This document shows, in pieces, positions 12,386-24,341 of a stretch of 64,000 nt of DNA (the first letter of the stretch is position 1; each line of letters starts with the position of its first letter). Below the pieces are notes generated by a model. The model was not told the origin of the DNA. It did not search any database and worked only from the letters and a program-made list of their open reading frames with translations. Location: contig NW_026943821.1 of NCBI RefSeq assembly GCF_035594765.1, positions 15,593,608-15,657,607 of the forward strand. Direction: 5' to 3'. The stretch is from Anolis carolinensis. Its lineage: Eukaryota. The position numbers and the translations under genes are program-made.

Positions 12386-15300
12386 CTAAAGGGGGTGAAA
12401 ATATTAAAAGAGGTCATTTTATTTTCTGCCTTTCGAAATCTGCTTGGCTCAGATATTTTCAGTTCCATATCACATCTGTAAATAAAACAGCACAATTTAT
12501 TCCTTGGCACATTAGTTAGTGGGAATCGTAACTGTAGAACTATGCCTACCTGACTGATTGGATATTGTTCCTTTAGGACATTCGATGCACCAGAAGCAAC
12601 ATTTTGGTTTGTTCTTTAAAAGCATCTTCTGGAATCCAGGTAAGCATTTATGGCTGCACACCGAATGAGGAGGCTATGCAGAATCAATGTCAAGAAGTTA
12701 CAGAAAGTGTAAGCAATGTCTTTTTCCCTTTAAAATTAAAACTGTTACCATCCCCATGCATATTTTGGCATTATGATGCCATAATGCCTTCATAATGGTC
12801 ATAAGGAAGAGGGACCAAGCTTGTTTTCTGCTGCCCTGGGGACAAGGACCTGGAGCAATGGGTTCAAATTACAGGAAAGGAGATCCCACCTGAACATTTG
12901 GAAGAACTTCCTGACTGTACGAGCTGTTCAACAATGGAACTCTCTGCCTCAGAGTGTGGTGGAAGCCCCTTCCTTGGAAAAATTGAAATAGAGGCTGGAT
13001 GGCCATCTTTCAGGGATACTTTGTTCTTTTCTTGCATGGCAGGAGGTTGGACTACATGGACCAACTCTGTTATATTATTCTATAATTCTAATGCCCCTTT
13101 CTCTGGATTTCAGAGTTTGAAATCCCTTCGTATATTTTGGCTTCCAGTATTGTTTATTGTACCTTCCAGTGGCAGTTTAAAATATTTTATTTCCTTGAGA
13201 TATTTAGTTTATTTGTACCACTACATTGTGTGTTTTGCTGGTCATTTTTACAGGCATTTTTACAGATTGAGATATATAATATTATTTCAATATTGCTATA
13301 TCTATCCCTCGCCCTGAGACCCACCGTTTGGTTGAATGACAGTACATAGCATTTTAAAAATACCCCCTCGTAAAGATAACAATGATTTTTTTTTTTGGAA
13401 ACAACTCACCTGGATAAATTTGCCATTCCACAACGTCATCTTTTCATTAATGGCAATACTATAGTTTTTTGTGGAATTGTGAATCACTTCCCCAATGTTC
13501 ACACTGACCAGGGAGCCATTGTTAAGTCCAATCCAATTTAAAATATCAAAAGTTGCCAATTCTCCAGTCCCGTTTAAAAAGGCATCCTCAACAGCACTGT
13601 TGTTGAAAAGTGTTTTCTTAAGGACACTGTGGAGCTGAATGCAACAGAGAATATGAATATGGTCTGCAACAGCTAAACATTTGTAGAATCTTTAGCCAAT
13701 TTTGGCCATGAACATTTTCCACACTTGTCCAATGTGAGGCAATGGGGGGGAAATATTTCAGTCCCATTATTAGTCTCATATGTGAAATGAAATAACTAAA
13801 CATTAACATGTGTAGATTAGGAAAATAATTTTACACAACTTTAAGAACTGGTATCAGAGTTTGCTTGTTTGCCTCTTTTCTCATCCGATTTTCATTCTGT
13901 ACACTATCTTTGAACTGCATCTCCGAGGACCAGGATTGTCTTCATCACTATTTTTTTGTGTGTGTCAGGAGCGACTTGAGAAACTGCAAGTCATTTCAGA
14001 TATGAGAAAATTGGCCATCTGCAAGGACGTTGCCCAGGGGATGACTGAATGTTTTACCATCTTGTGGGAGGCTTCTCTCATATCCCACATGGGAAGCTGA
14101 AGCTGACAGATGGGAGCTCACCTCGTCTCACGGATTCAAACTGCCAACCTTCAGGTCAGCAGTCCTGCCAGCACAAGGGTTTAAGTTCCTCATTACTATT
14201 ACTATTGATGATATACAAATTATTCTGGCAGCTTTTATTTTTGCAGAAAAAGAAAGCTAAAACATTTCAAAACAAATAATAATAATAATATAATTATTAT
14301 TATTATAATATAATATTATTATTATTAATAATAAGAAGAAGACCTGGCTATGGCTCATGAATGGGACCCTAAAGAAGGAGACAGAAGAAGGCCTGATCCT
14401 TGCAGCCCAGGAGCAAGCCATCAGAACAAATGCAATTCAGGCCAAGATCGAAAAATCAGCTGATGACCCAAAATGCAGACTGTGCAAGGAAGCTGACGAA
14501 ACCATTGATCATATCCTCAGCTGCTGTAAGAAAATCGCACAGACAGACTACAAACAGAGACACAACTATGTGGCCCAAGTGATTCATTGGAACTTCTGCC
14601 TCAACTATCACCTGCCAGCAGTAAAGAACTGGTGGGATCACAAACCTGCAAAAGTATTGGAAAATGAGCACACAAAGATACTGTGGGACTTCCGAATCCA
14701 GACTGACAAAGTTCTGGAACACAACACACCAGACATCACAGTTGTGGAAAAGAAAAAGGTTTGGATCATGGATGTTGCCATCCCAGGTGACAGTCGCATT
14801 GACGAAAAACAACAGGAAAAACTCAGCCGCTATCAGGACCTCAAGATTGAACTTCAAAGACTCTGGCAGAAACCAGTGCAGGTGGTCCCGGTGGTTATCG
14901 GCACATTGGGTGCTGTGCCAAAAGATCTCAGCCGGCATTTGGAAATAATAGACATTGACAAAATTACAATCTGCCAACTGCAAAAGGCCTACTGGGATCT
15001 GCACGCATCATCCGAAAATACATCACACAGTCCTAGACACTTGGGAAGTGTTCGACTTGTGATTTTGTGATATGAAATCCAGCATGTCTATCTTGTTTGC
15101 TGTGTCATAATAAAATAATAATAATAATAATAGAATTGACCTCTGCATACAAATTTCTAGATCATTCAACATATCGGCTCTCACTACCATAATGTCAGGG
15201 ACAGACTGGGGACCTTCCTTTCTGTTTCACAGTTTGTTTGCCAAAGAGGATGGACTCACCTTCCAGAGAGGGATGTTCCCAAGTCCCAGACTATATCTCT

Positions 15301-18300
15301 TTTTTTCCTGGTCTAACCTGTTCACAGACAGATTGTGAAGTGTTTTAGCCAATTCCAAGACAGCCCTAAAAATAATATAACTCAGAGGGCTCATGTTCAT
15401 TTCAAAGTGAGAATCAAGAGGACCACCCAGCCTCTCCTCTCCTGTACACCAATTTCTTCCAAACCTCGGAGACGGTGAACGAGGAGGAGGCAAGTTGCAG
15501 TCAAATTCTTTACTCCAAAAGTTCCTCATGAAAATGTCATCAGGATATTTGTTTGGAGTCACAGACTGGAGAAAAAACTGGAAACCTGGTATTCCCCTCT
15601 TTTGAGAACCAATAGACAAAGCACCAGAGAACAGACTTGGATGTATATATTTATTATTTTCCCATTCACACATAGTCAACCATACTTTCCCTGCCAAGGT
15701 CGAATAAGAAAATATGTGTGCAATAGAAAGGAATTTGCTGTCACCATAAACAAAGACGATTTTGCTGGAAGACTTCAACAGCTCTTTTTCTCTCTGCATC
15801 AGTTGAGTGATAAAAGAGAAATAATCTTGGAACAAAATTACATATTCGTGACAGATCCCACTCTTTTTCATTTCCTCTTCCAGATTGTAGAGAAAGTTCT
15901 CACTTCTGCCATATGCCGAAGCGATAAATCCAATCCAAGTCCAACCAAAGTGGAGAAGCAATTGGATGACACTCTTAAACTGAAGATACAAGGAGGGGAA
16001 TTTGAGTCGATCATCTAATACAGGGTCAGAGGATCCATAACTGATCTGCAAAAACACAAAGAGTTCTCAGATGCCTTAGTAACAGTTACTACAACAAGAA
16101 TTCAGCAATGGCGATAGTGTGGTCTTAACTCAGGAGTTGCAATACTTAGATTTTGATCCCCATTGGGCCTTGAAAGATCAGTCACACACTCTCATTGTGA
16201 TGTACTTCATATACAAGGGCTATCCACGAAGTAGGTTACGTTTTGAAATTAAAAATGAACAAAGTATAGGAGAAAATATTTACCATATGCAGTTGAAAGC
16301 CACACCCAAATACCACATCTCACGTAGTTGCCATTCAAATCTAGGCACTTACCATAGCAATGAATGAACTTTGCAACTCCTTCCCCACTAAATTCTGCCG
16401 CTTGCATTCTCAACCACTTGTTTCCAACAACAGGGGCGTGGATGGCAATGCAGCGTTTTGGTGATGCAGCGCAGCTGCGGGAAGGGGAGACCAGCTGATT
16501 GGGCCCGGGCTGTGGCGCAGGCTGGTGAGCAGACAGCTGCAACCAGCTGCAACAAATCACTCTGACCAAGAGGTCATGAGTTCAAGGCCAGCTCGGAGCC
16601 TGCGTTTGTCTCTCTCTTTGTTCTATGTTAAGGCATTGAATGTTTGCCTTATACGTGTAATGTGATCCACCCTGAGTCGCCTTCAGGGTGAGAAGGGCGG
16701 AATATAAATACTGTAAATAAATAAATGCAAGCGGCAGCATTTAGTGGGGAAGGAGTTGCAAAGATCATTCATTGCTATGGTAAGTGCCTAGCTTTGAATG
16801 GCGACTACGTGAGATGTGATATTTGGGTGTGGCTTTCAACTGCATATGGTAAATGTTTTCTCCTATACTTCGTTCATTTTTAATTCCAAAATTTGGAATA
16901 ACTTTGTGGATAACCCTCGTAGTTGTTGGGAGAATAATAGGGAAAGGAAAAGAGCAAGGAGGAAATACTATGATCAAAAAGGATTTGGCGTCATGGTGGA
17001 TGAAAAAACAGTTCCCCCTGTGGTCAGAATCGAGCATAAACCCCAGAAGCCGAAGTTGGAAAATATTTATTTATTTATTTATTTAATTTATATACCGTTT
17101 TTCTCCCCCCTGGGGGGACTCAAAGCGGTTCACATCAAATAAATGGCAAAAATTCAATGCCTCACATACGATAAAAACAGTACAGTAGAGTCTCACTTAT
17201 CCAACGTTCTGGATTATCCAACGCATTTTTGTAGTCAATGTTTCCAATACATCGCGATATTTTGGTGCTAAATTCGTAAATATAGTAATTACTACATAAC
17301 ATTACTGCGTATTGAACTACTTTTTCTGTCAAATTTGGTGTGTAACATGATGTTTTGGTGCTTAATTTGTAAAATCATAACCTAATTTGATGTTTAATAG
17401 GCTTTTCCTTAATCCCTCCTTATTATCCAACATATTCACTTATCCAACGTTCTGCCGGCCCGTTTATGTTGGATAAGTGAGACTCTACTGTATTACCACA
17501 CATCTAAAACAATAACATAGGACTATAAATTAAACCATCAAAACTATAAACCATCAAGCGTAAACATGTTATGCAATGTTTACATAAAGTTCATGATAAA
17601 GGTTTGGGAATTAGGTGTTTTCAATATGCTAACAGCAGGTTATCTTTTTAAATTTAATTACCTTTGTCTGTATGTGTTGTATGTCTAAAAACGGCACTGA
17701 ATGTTTGCTATGGATATGTGCATTGTGATCCTCCCTGAGTCTCTTTCAGGGTGAGAAGGATGGACTATAAATATTGTAAATAAAATAAATAAACAAATAA
17801 TGGCTGGTTTTGATAGCTGTTCAGCAGTGGCACACTCTGTCTTGGAATGTGGGGGAAACTCCTTCCTTGAAAGCTTTTAAGCAGAAGCTGAATGACCTCT
17901 GATTGTGTTTTTCGTGCATGGCAGGGGTTGGACTAGATGGCCCATGTGGTCTCTTCCAACTTTATGGTTCTATGATTCTCTGTAAAGATGTGCAGAAACT
18001 CTGTTAGCAACAGTTTCTCCACGAGGAGCTTCCATTATAAGAAGATGCTAAAATCTAAGTCAAAATGTCCTTAGCTTTTACCTGTGGTAACTTGTAGATC
18101 CCCAGCACGTTGTCCATCTGCACGGAGAACCCTGATGTCAGCCCTCCAATGACAGCCACCATCTTTCTGTGGCCTTGGCAATTGTAGTTGGGAAATATTG
18201 TGATCTTTTCTGCATCCTCTGTGCCCATCATGTTATAAGATGGCTGCCCATAACCATAGTAGGACTCATAACCATAGAAAGGTGGAGGAATCGGAGTGAG

Positions 18301-20478
18301 TTTGTCCCTTTCAGACAGAAGGCTAATGACGTTTTCATAGGTTTGGCCCCCATCGTAATAGTTGTCATAGAGGCGGAATCCCAGAGAAATGTTGGGTAAG
18401 AAATGGGGATCCTTGTTGATTTTCTCCACAGCAAATACAAGTGCCAAGACTTGCTGGTAATTCTTTGACATTAGTCTATTTGGAGAACAGCAAAACATTT
18501 TACAAGCAATGGCAAAGAACATATACAAAATGAAAATGTTTTAATCGGGACTTGTCACCAACATTCTGCTACTTTGGGCAAAGGATGAGATGGTACTACA
18601 GTAGAATCTCACTTATCCAAGGTTCTGGATTCTCCAATGCATTTTTGTAGTCAATGTTTTCAATAGATATTTTGGTGCTAAATTTGTAAATACAGTAATT
18701 ACAATATAACATTACTGTGTATTGAACTACTTTTTCTGTCAAATTTGTTGTATAACATGATGTTTTGGTCCAACAGGGGGCCCGCAATAAAAGAGAAAAA
18801 CAAGGGCAAATGCAATCAGTACTTAAAAAAATAATGGAGATGGGAAAAAAGTTAAAAATCAACCCCAAAGATTCTAAACTACAAAATGAACTGCAAACAC
18901 ACCATAGAAATAGAGAACACCTAGAGTTAGAGCAAAATGCGAAACTATTAAATTATATCAAACAAACCCACTTTGAACAAGCAAACAAACCGGGGAGATG
19001 GCTCTCCAGGAAGCTTAGGGAAAAAAAAGAGGCAACATACATAAATAGATTAAGGAAAGGACAAAAATATTACTATTCAGAAGATAAGATTTTAAAACAA
19101 TTTACTAAATTTTATAGTACACTCTACGAGAAGGACCAGATTGATAAAGAAAAAATAACAGGATATCTAGGGAAATTAAAATTACAAAAAATTACGGAGG
19201 AGGAAAGAGAAAGCCTTAACAAGGAAATATCAAAGAAAGAAATTCAATCAGCGATTAAAAAACTAGATGGGTCAAAATCCCCAGGACCAGACGGCTTAAC
19301 AGCAGTTTTTTAAAAAACATTCGAAAAAGAACTAACCCCGTATCTCCAAAAAATTATGAATATAGCAAGAGAACAAAAAGTTGTGCCTGTTTAGCTTGGA
19401 TAAGTGAGACTCTACTGTATTAACAAGAGCTTCTGAACAACTGGTTTCATGCAGAGGGACTGACAATGCATTGCTTAGCTATGAATACAGAAAAAAATGC
19501 AGAGAAACACAAAATGGATGGGACAGAAATGTCAACTATTGCTTTCTATACAAAAGCAAAGTTAGAGAAAAACTTTCAGGCCTCACATATTTTCTAGACA
19601 CCCTAATTTACATTATTGCCAGAGTGAAAACTATGAGAGTCTATACATTTAATGGTATGTTACAGGTTAGTCATGCAATGAAAGCAACACTTGCTGAAAT
19701 TCCTGCTTCTAAAGACAAATGGTCTCAAGGTTTCCTTTTGGCTTTCCTACAACTTTTGTATTACTACCAACTACAGTAGAGTCTCACTTATCCAACGTAA
19801 ACGGGCCAGCAGAACGTTGGATAAGCGAATATGTTGGATAATAAGAAGGGATTAAGGAAAAGCCTATTAAACATCAAATTAGGTTATGATTTTGCAAATT
19901 AAGCACCAAACATCATGTTATACAACAAATTTGACAGCAAAAGTAGTTCAATACGCAGTAATGTTATGTTGTAATTACTGTATTTATGAATTTAGCACCA
20001 AAATATCATGTGATATTGAAAACATTGACTACAAAAATGCCTTGAATAATCCAGAACCTTGGATAAGTGAGTTTTGGATAAGTGAGACTCTACTGTATGC
20101 GAGTCTATACATTTAATGGTATATTACAGGTTAGTCATGCAATGAAAGCAACACATGCTGAAATTCCTGCTTCTAAAGACAAATGGTCTCAAGGTTTCCT
20201 ACAACTTTTGTATTGCTACCAACTAATAAGGAATCGAAGACTTACTCTGTTTGTGGTGTGTAAGGATAAACCTCCTCAGGACGTACTTTATAATTCGGGT
20301 TTGGACTTTTTTGCTGAGTCAAAGACAGCACTCCACCAAGGATAAGATCCCCATCTTTGTAGTAACCCTCTGCATAGGATCTCTCCAGGTGACAAAGAGA
20401 CGTTGCCACTTTCCCTGCCACATGAGGTAGAAGCAGGATGATGAAAACCAGGAATAGCATGGCAGGAGCATCTCCCAT
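11478..20478 (-). CDS. Vomeronasal type-2 receptor copy B, complete (~889 aa)
   Basis: Exons 20478-20246, 18475-18082, 16045-15260, 13634-13410, 12673-12550 and 12385-11478 join into one open frame. Venus flytrap (VFT) domain, cysteine-rich domain ([11 protein letters not shown]) and 7TM ([42 protein letters not shown]). Confidence 0.94.
12550..12673 (-). CDS. V2R-B exon 5 (cysteine-rich domain)
   Basis: 124 nt; [16 protein letters not shown]...[17 protein letters not shown]. Confidence 0.92.
12800..13085 (+). mobile_element. CR1 LINE 3' fragment
   Basis: Homologous to the CR1 3' ends at 25346, 43178 and 48121. Confidence 0.75.
13410..13634 (-). CDS. V2R-B exon 4
   Basis: 225 nt; LHSVLKK...WNGKFIQ. 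Confidence 0.9.
14334..15112 (+). mobile_element. R4/Dong-clade non-LTR retrotransposon, 5'-truncated (CCHC knuckle + restriction-like endonuclease)
   Basis: [18 protein letters not shown] zinc knuckle; RHN; PDI...D endonuclease motif; K..RYQDL; inserted in an (AAT)n tract. Confidence 0.88.
15260..16045 (-). CDS. V2R-B exon 3 (21-nt in-frame deletion relative to paralogs)
   Basis: 786 nt open, versus 807 nt in A and D. Confidence 0.92.
16214..16919. mobile_element. Mariner-derived foldback element with ~195-bp inverted arms; SINE inserted in the spacer
   Basis: TA|CAAGGGCTATCCAC...GTGGATAACCCTCG|TA; arms at about 16214-16408 and 16723-16919. Confidence 0.8.
18082..18475 (-). CDS. V2R-B exon 2
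   Basis: 394 nt; TAG acceptor; GTAAA donor. Confidence 0.92.
18770..19385 (+). mobile_element. L1 ORF2 internal fragment (EN-RT linker) inside a MITE
   Basis: [28 protein letters not shown] motifs. Confidence 0.85.
20246..20478 (-). CDS. V2R-B exon 1
   Basis: Signal peptide [16 protein letters not shown]; GDLILGG; GTAAG donor. Confidence 0.88.
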
Positions 20479-20910
20479 GACTGCATCTCAGATTTCATCT
20501 CCTCCTCAGTTGGATTCTCATTTTCAGTGTTTTACTGCTGTCTGAGGCATCAGAGTAATGTCACATTGAGACCTACGTTCATCCCTTCAGTGGAACCCAG
20601 ATCTGGGTGGCACTAGTGTGTTTATGAGATTCCCAAATGCTCCTTTTTCAGTTCCTTATAGAACAAATTGCCCCAAGTGCATGGACAAAGGATGACTATA
20701 ATCATTCCACTTGTCCCTTGGCAGATGCTAACTCCAGTGATTTCAATCTGAGCTGTTCCCTGCCTGGAATTATTGATACAAAATGGACAAACATGTTGGT
20801 GCTGTTTGCTTTGCCACCTGGTAGAAGGAACTACATGATTTGCAATTCTTAAATCCCTGACTCCATATGTCTCTAAGGCACCAGGCAAGAGACTGGTCCT
20901 CTTTTTTCTT

Positions 20911-21519
20911 TCTACACAAACACAAGATGGTCTATGTACAAAGTGTTAATGTGGGATTTGTGTATTGATAGTGTTTAAATGCAATTTGTGTCTTGGTTTG
21001 TATTGCATACTGATTGCATCATCCAGAATGTACTATAGTCTGTAAAGAGTTAATTACTGAGAAGCTGTGATGACCTTGATGTGTGGCTGGAACTGGGGAG
21101 TGTCCAGACACAAGTGTTTGTGCATTACTGATTACATCAGTTCTGTTCTGCTGTCTGCTGACAAGTCAAGTCCTGTGTTTGTCTGCAAGTCTGTTTGTCT
21201 TGATTATTACTGCTTTCAGTAAAACTTGTATATAGTTTTACTATCGTCTCTGATGTCTCTTCGTTCTGCACTCCACTGATTCCATACAACTACTGCTGCG
21301 CTGCTAATTACTCTGACACAAAGAAAATATATCCGAATAGCATATAATATTATTAAAGTTCCCCGTACAAAGCTCAATTTGGCAGTACCAGACAAAATGA
21401 AAAGGAGCAACATTTTGCCTGGTACTGCCAAATTGAGCTTTGTACGAGGAACTTTAATAATATTATATGCTATTTGGACATATTTTCTTTGTACATAGAC
21501 CATCTTGTGTTTGTGTAGA
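20911..21519. repeat. Long near-perfect palindrome interrupted by the solo LTR
   Basis: 20911-20943 plus 21324-21399 is the reverse complement of 21411-21519. Confidence 0.85.
20944..21318 (+). mobile_element. Solo LTR
   Basis: TG...CA with a perfect 5-bp TSD CAAAG. Confidence 0.8.
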
Positions 21520-21844
21520 TACTTTACAAGTATTCTAGGATTTTGCATAGTAGTATGACCTCTTTTTTCTTTATAATGTTTTCGGGAGGGGGGTCTTAAT
21601 GAATAGATCCCTTCCACTCTCTCTAACAAACAGAGTAACATACAAAATCAGACCCAAAGCTCATCTAGGTGAACTTACTATTTCCAAATGGGGTCAAAAA
21701 GATACTTGTGGGCCTCACTCAGGGTTTGATTGAAATTACTTCAAATGAAATGTGTGGTGTGGGAAATCTGAGGGTTCCAAGTTCCAGTCTGTGGGGTGAG
21801 GAAAGATGCCCACAGGCTGCTGGAAGCCTAAACAAGCTCTAAAC

Positions 21845-22402
21845 CAGTGGTTCCCAACATGCTGTTTATAGACCACCAGTGGTCCCCAACAGCTAAAATA
21901 TGGTCCATGGACTCAACATTACTACACCGTTGCAACAAGAGTGACTGGTCTTGCGAAACCCTTTTACAGTGCCAAGACAAAAGGGATGTCAGGAGAGGAG
22001 AGGCTAACTATTCACAAAAAGAGCAACAGCAAGCCTCCTGACTACTGCTTCTCCTCCTCACCCCACCCCCATGTGGCACCTGGAAACGGGGCGACTTGGT
22101 GTCTTGGTTTTTAGGCCTGTTCCAGGGGTTACTTGGGGTGCTGATTCAGAAAATTGCATTGGATAGACCACATCAGCTCTAGATTATTAAATGTGGTTTC
22201 TCTGGGTGAGCAGATGGCGACCACTGGATGGTATATGTTCTGTTTCAGAAACCAGAGCTGATGTGGTCTATTTAATGCAATTTTCTGAATCAGCACCCCA
22301 AATAACCAAACCGAATCTAAAGTTGACCAAAAACAGATTTGTAATCCTATTGGTACTAATGTTAGAGAATGGTCCCTGGTCCAAAAAGATTGGGAATCAC
22401 TG
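21845..22402. mobile_element. Non-autonomous hAT (TIR CAGTGGTTCCCAA)
   Basis: TIRs; degenerate 8-bp TSD CTCTAAAC/CTTTAAAT. Confidence 0.75.
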
Positions 22403-23248
22403 CTTTAAATACTTGATAATTTTATAGTTAATCGTGGAATCGTGGTGTTAAAAAAGACCACAATGGCCATCCTGTCCAACTCCCAATCAAAGGAATACCC
22501 AACTAAAGCATTCCCAATAAGTGGCCGTCATAGATCCTGCAACACAACTCTAAAACACCCTTGATACTTTGAATGCTTTTCTGAAAATAGTGATATTACA
22601 CTGGCTACTATACATTATTGTGTTGAAAAAAGTGAAAGGCTGGTGTTGTTCATTCATTCATTCAATGTATGTCTTCTCCCAGCATGGGATTCGACATATT
22701 ATTTGATTACAATCACAATACCACCATCAGTATGAAGATTTTCTGGACCATTTGAATTTTAAAATATTTTTTTAGGAACCAATTTCTGATTAACAAGAAC
22801 AACCATATATCTGATTTGATTTGTTTGCAAGAAAGAAGGTTTTTTTTAACTGAATTCAAAACTTGGAGAAAGAATTTCTATCCATAAAAGAAACAAATTC
22901 TTTTCTCAATTTTGAGCAGCTCATTAAGTGAGAGCAAAATATGGAAAATGAGATATCATGACCTATCATGTCAATGTTCTGCTCCCACATTGAGCTTAAA
23001 TGGAGGTGAATGATATATGGATGCCATTTTAACAGTTAGCATCTCTAGTGTGAAACAGCAATGACATTTCAGTCAATTATAGCAGAAGATCCATGCTTTA
23101 ATTCAGTTAAATGTGCGGAAGAGGTCTCAACAGCAATAAGACACTGAAACACATTTTGAAAAAAAAAATGGAAAAAATACAGAGAACGTTTTCAAAGCAT
23201 CATCACCATAACTGTCAAGATTTTAAAGTAACTTAGCAATACAAATTA

Positions 23249-23927
23249 CTGTTTATACTCGAGTATAAGCCTAGTTTTTCAGCCCCTTTTTTAAGACTGA
23301 AAAAGTCCCCCTCGGCTTATACTTGGTTGGCTTATATTTGGGTCAGCTTATACTCGAGAATATATGGTAGATTTATTATTTTTCTCTATTATTATTAGTA
23401 TTATTACATGTATTATTTTTCTCTATTATTGTTGCTATTACATTTATTTTACTCTATATTTATTATTATTAATAATACATTTATTATTTCACTCTGATCT
23501 TATTATTATTATTTTATTGTATGACACAGCAAACAAGATAGATATGCTGGATTTTGTTTCACAAAATCACAAGTCGAACACTTCCCAAGTGTCTAGGACT
23601 GTGTGATGTATTTTCGGATGATGCGTGCAGATCCCAGTAGGGTGGCCTTTTGCAGTTGGCAGATCGTAATTTTGTCAATGTCTATTGTTTCCAAATGCCG
23701 GCTGAGATCTTTTGGCACGGCATCCAGTGTGCCCATCACCACTGGGACCACCTGCACTGGTTTCTGCCAGAGTCTTTGAAGTTCAATCTTGAGGTCCTGA
23801 TAGCAGCTGAGTTTTTCCTGTTGTTTTTTGTCAATGCGACTGTCACCTGGGATGGCAACATCAATGATCCAAACCTTTTTCTTTTCCAAAACTGTGATGT
23901 CTGGTGTGTTGTGTTCCAGAACTCTGA

Positions 23928-23971
<44 letters not shown>

Positions 23972-24273
23972 TGTATTATTTTACTCTATTAATATTAAAA
24001 GGATACATAAGTACATTTACATTCAAGAAGATGAAAATAATGATTTGATCAGAGTTGGACAGTCTTATCTTAAATTTGAGCTTTATGTAAATATTCAGAA
24101 ACATTTAACCTAGTACTGATGCCTCAATAAATATAATTTTATTGGCATCTATTTTTATTTCTGAATTTTACCACCCTCGGCTTATACTGGAGTCAATGTT
24201 TTCCCAGTTTTTTTGTGGTAAAATTAGGTGCCTCAACTTATATTCGGGTCGGCTTATACTAGAGTATATATGG
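23249..24273. mobile_element. Tc2/pogo-like MITE (TIR CYGTATATACTCGAGTATAAGCC)
   Basis: TIRs with TA flanks; copies at 26498-26908 and 37952-38838; this copy contains a Dong fragment. Confidence 0.8.
23512..23926 (-). mobile_element. R4/Dong 3' fragment in a (TTA)n tract
   Basis: EHNTPDITV...IIRKYITQS; TTA repeats on both sides. Confidence 0.85.
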
Positions 24274-24341
24274 TATTTTAACCTCCTTCCCTATTTGAAC
24301 TTCATTATTAAATGGGAATGTTTCAGGTCCATTTCTCTTTA

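Noticed and set aside
14357-15070. 237-aa ORF as a host zinc-finger or nuclease gene
   Set aside because: It is the 5'-truncated, frameshifted C-terminus of an R4/Dong retrotransposon with other copies in the window.
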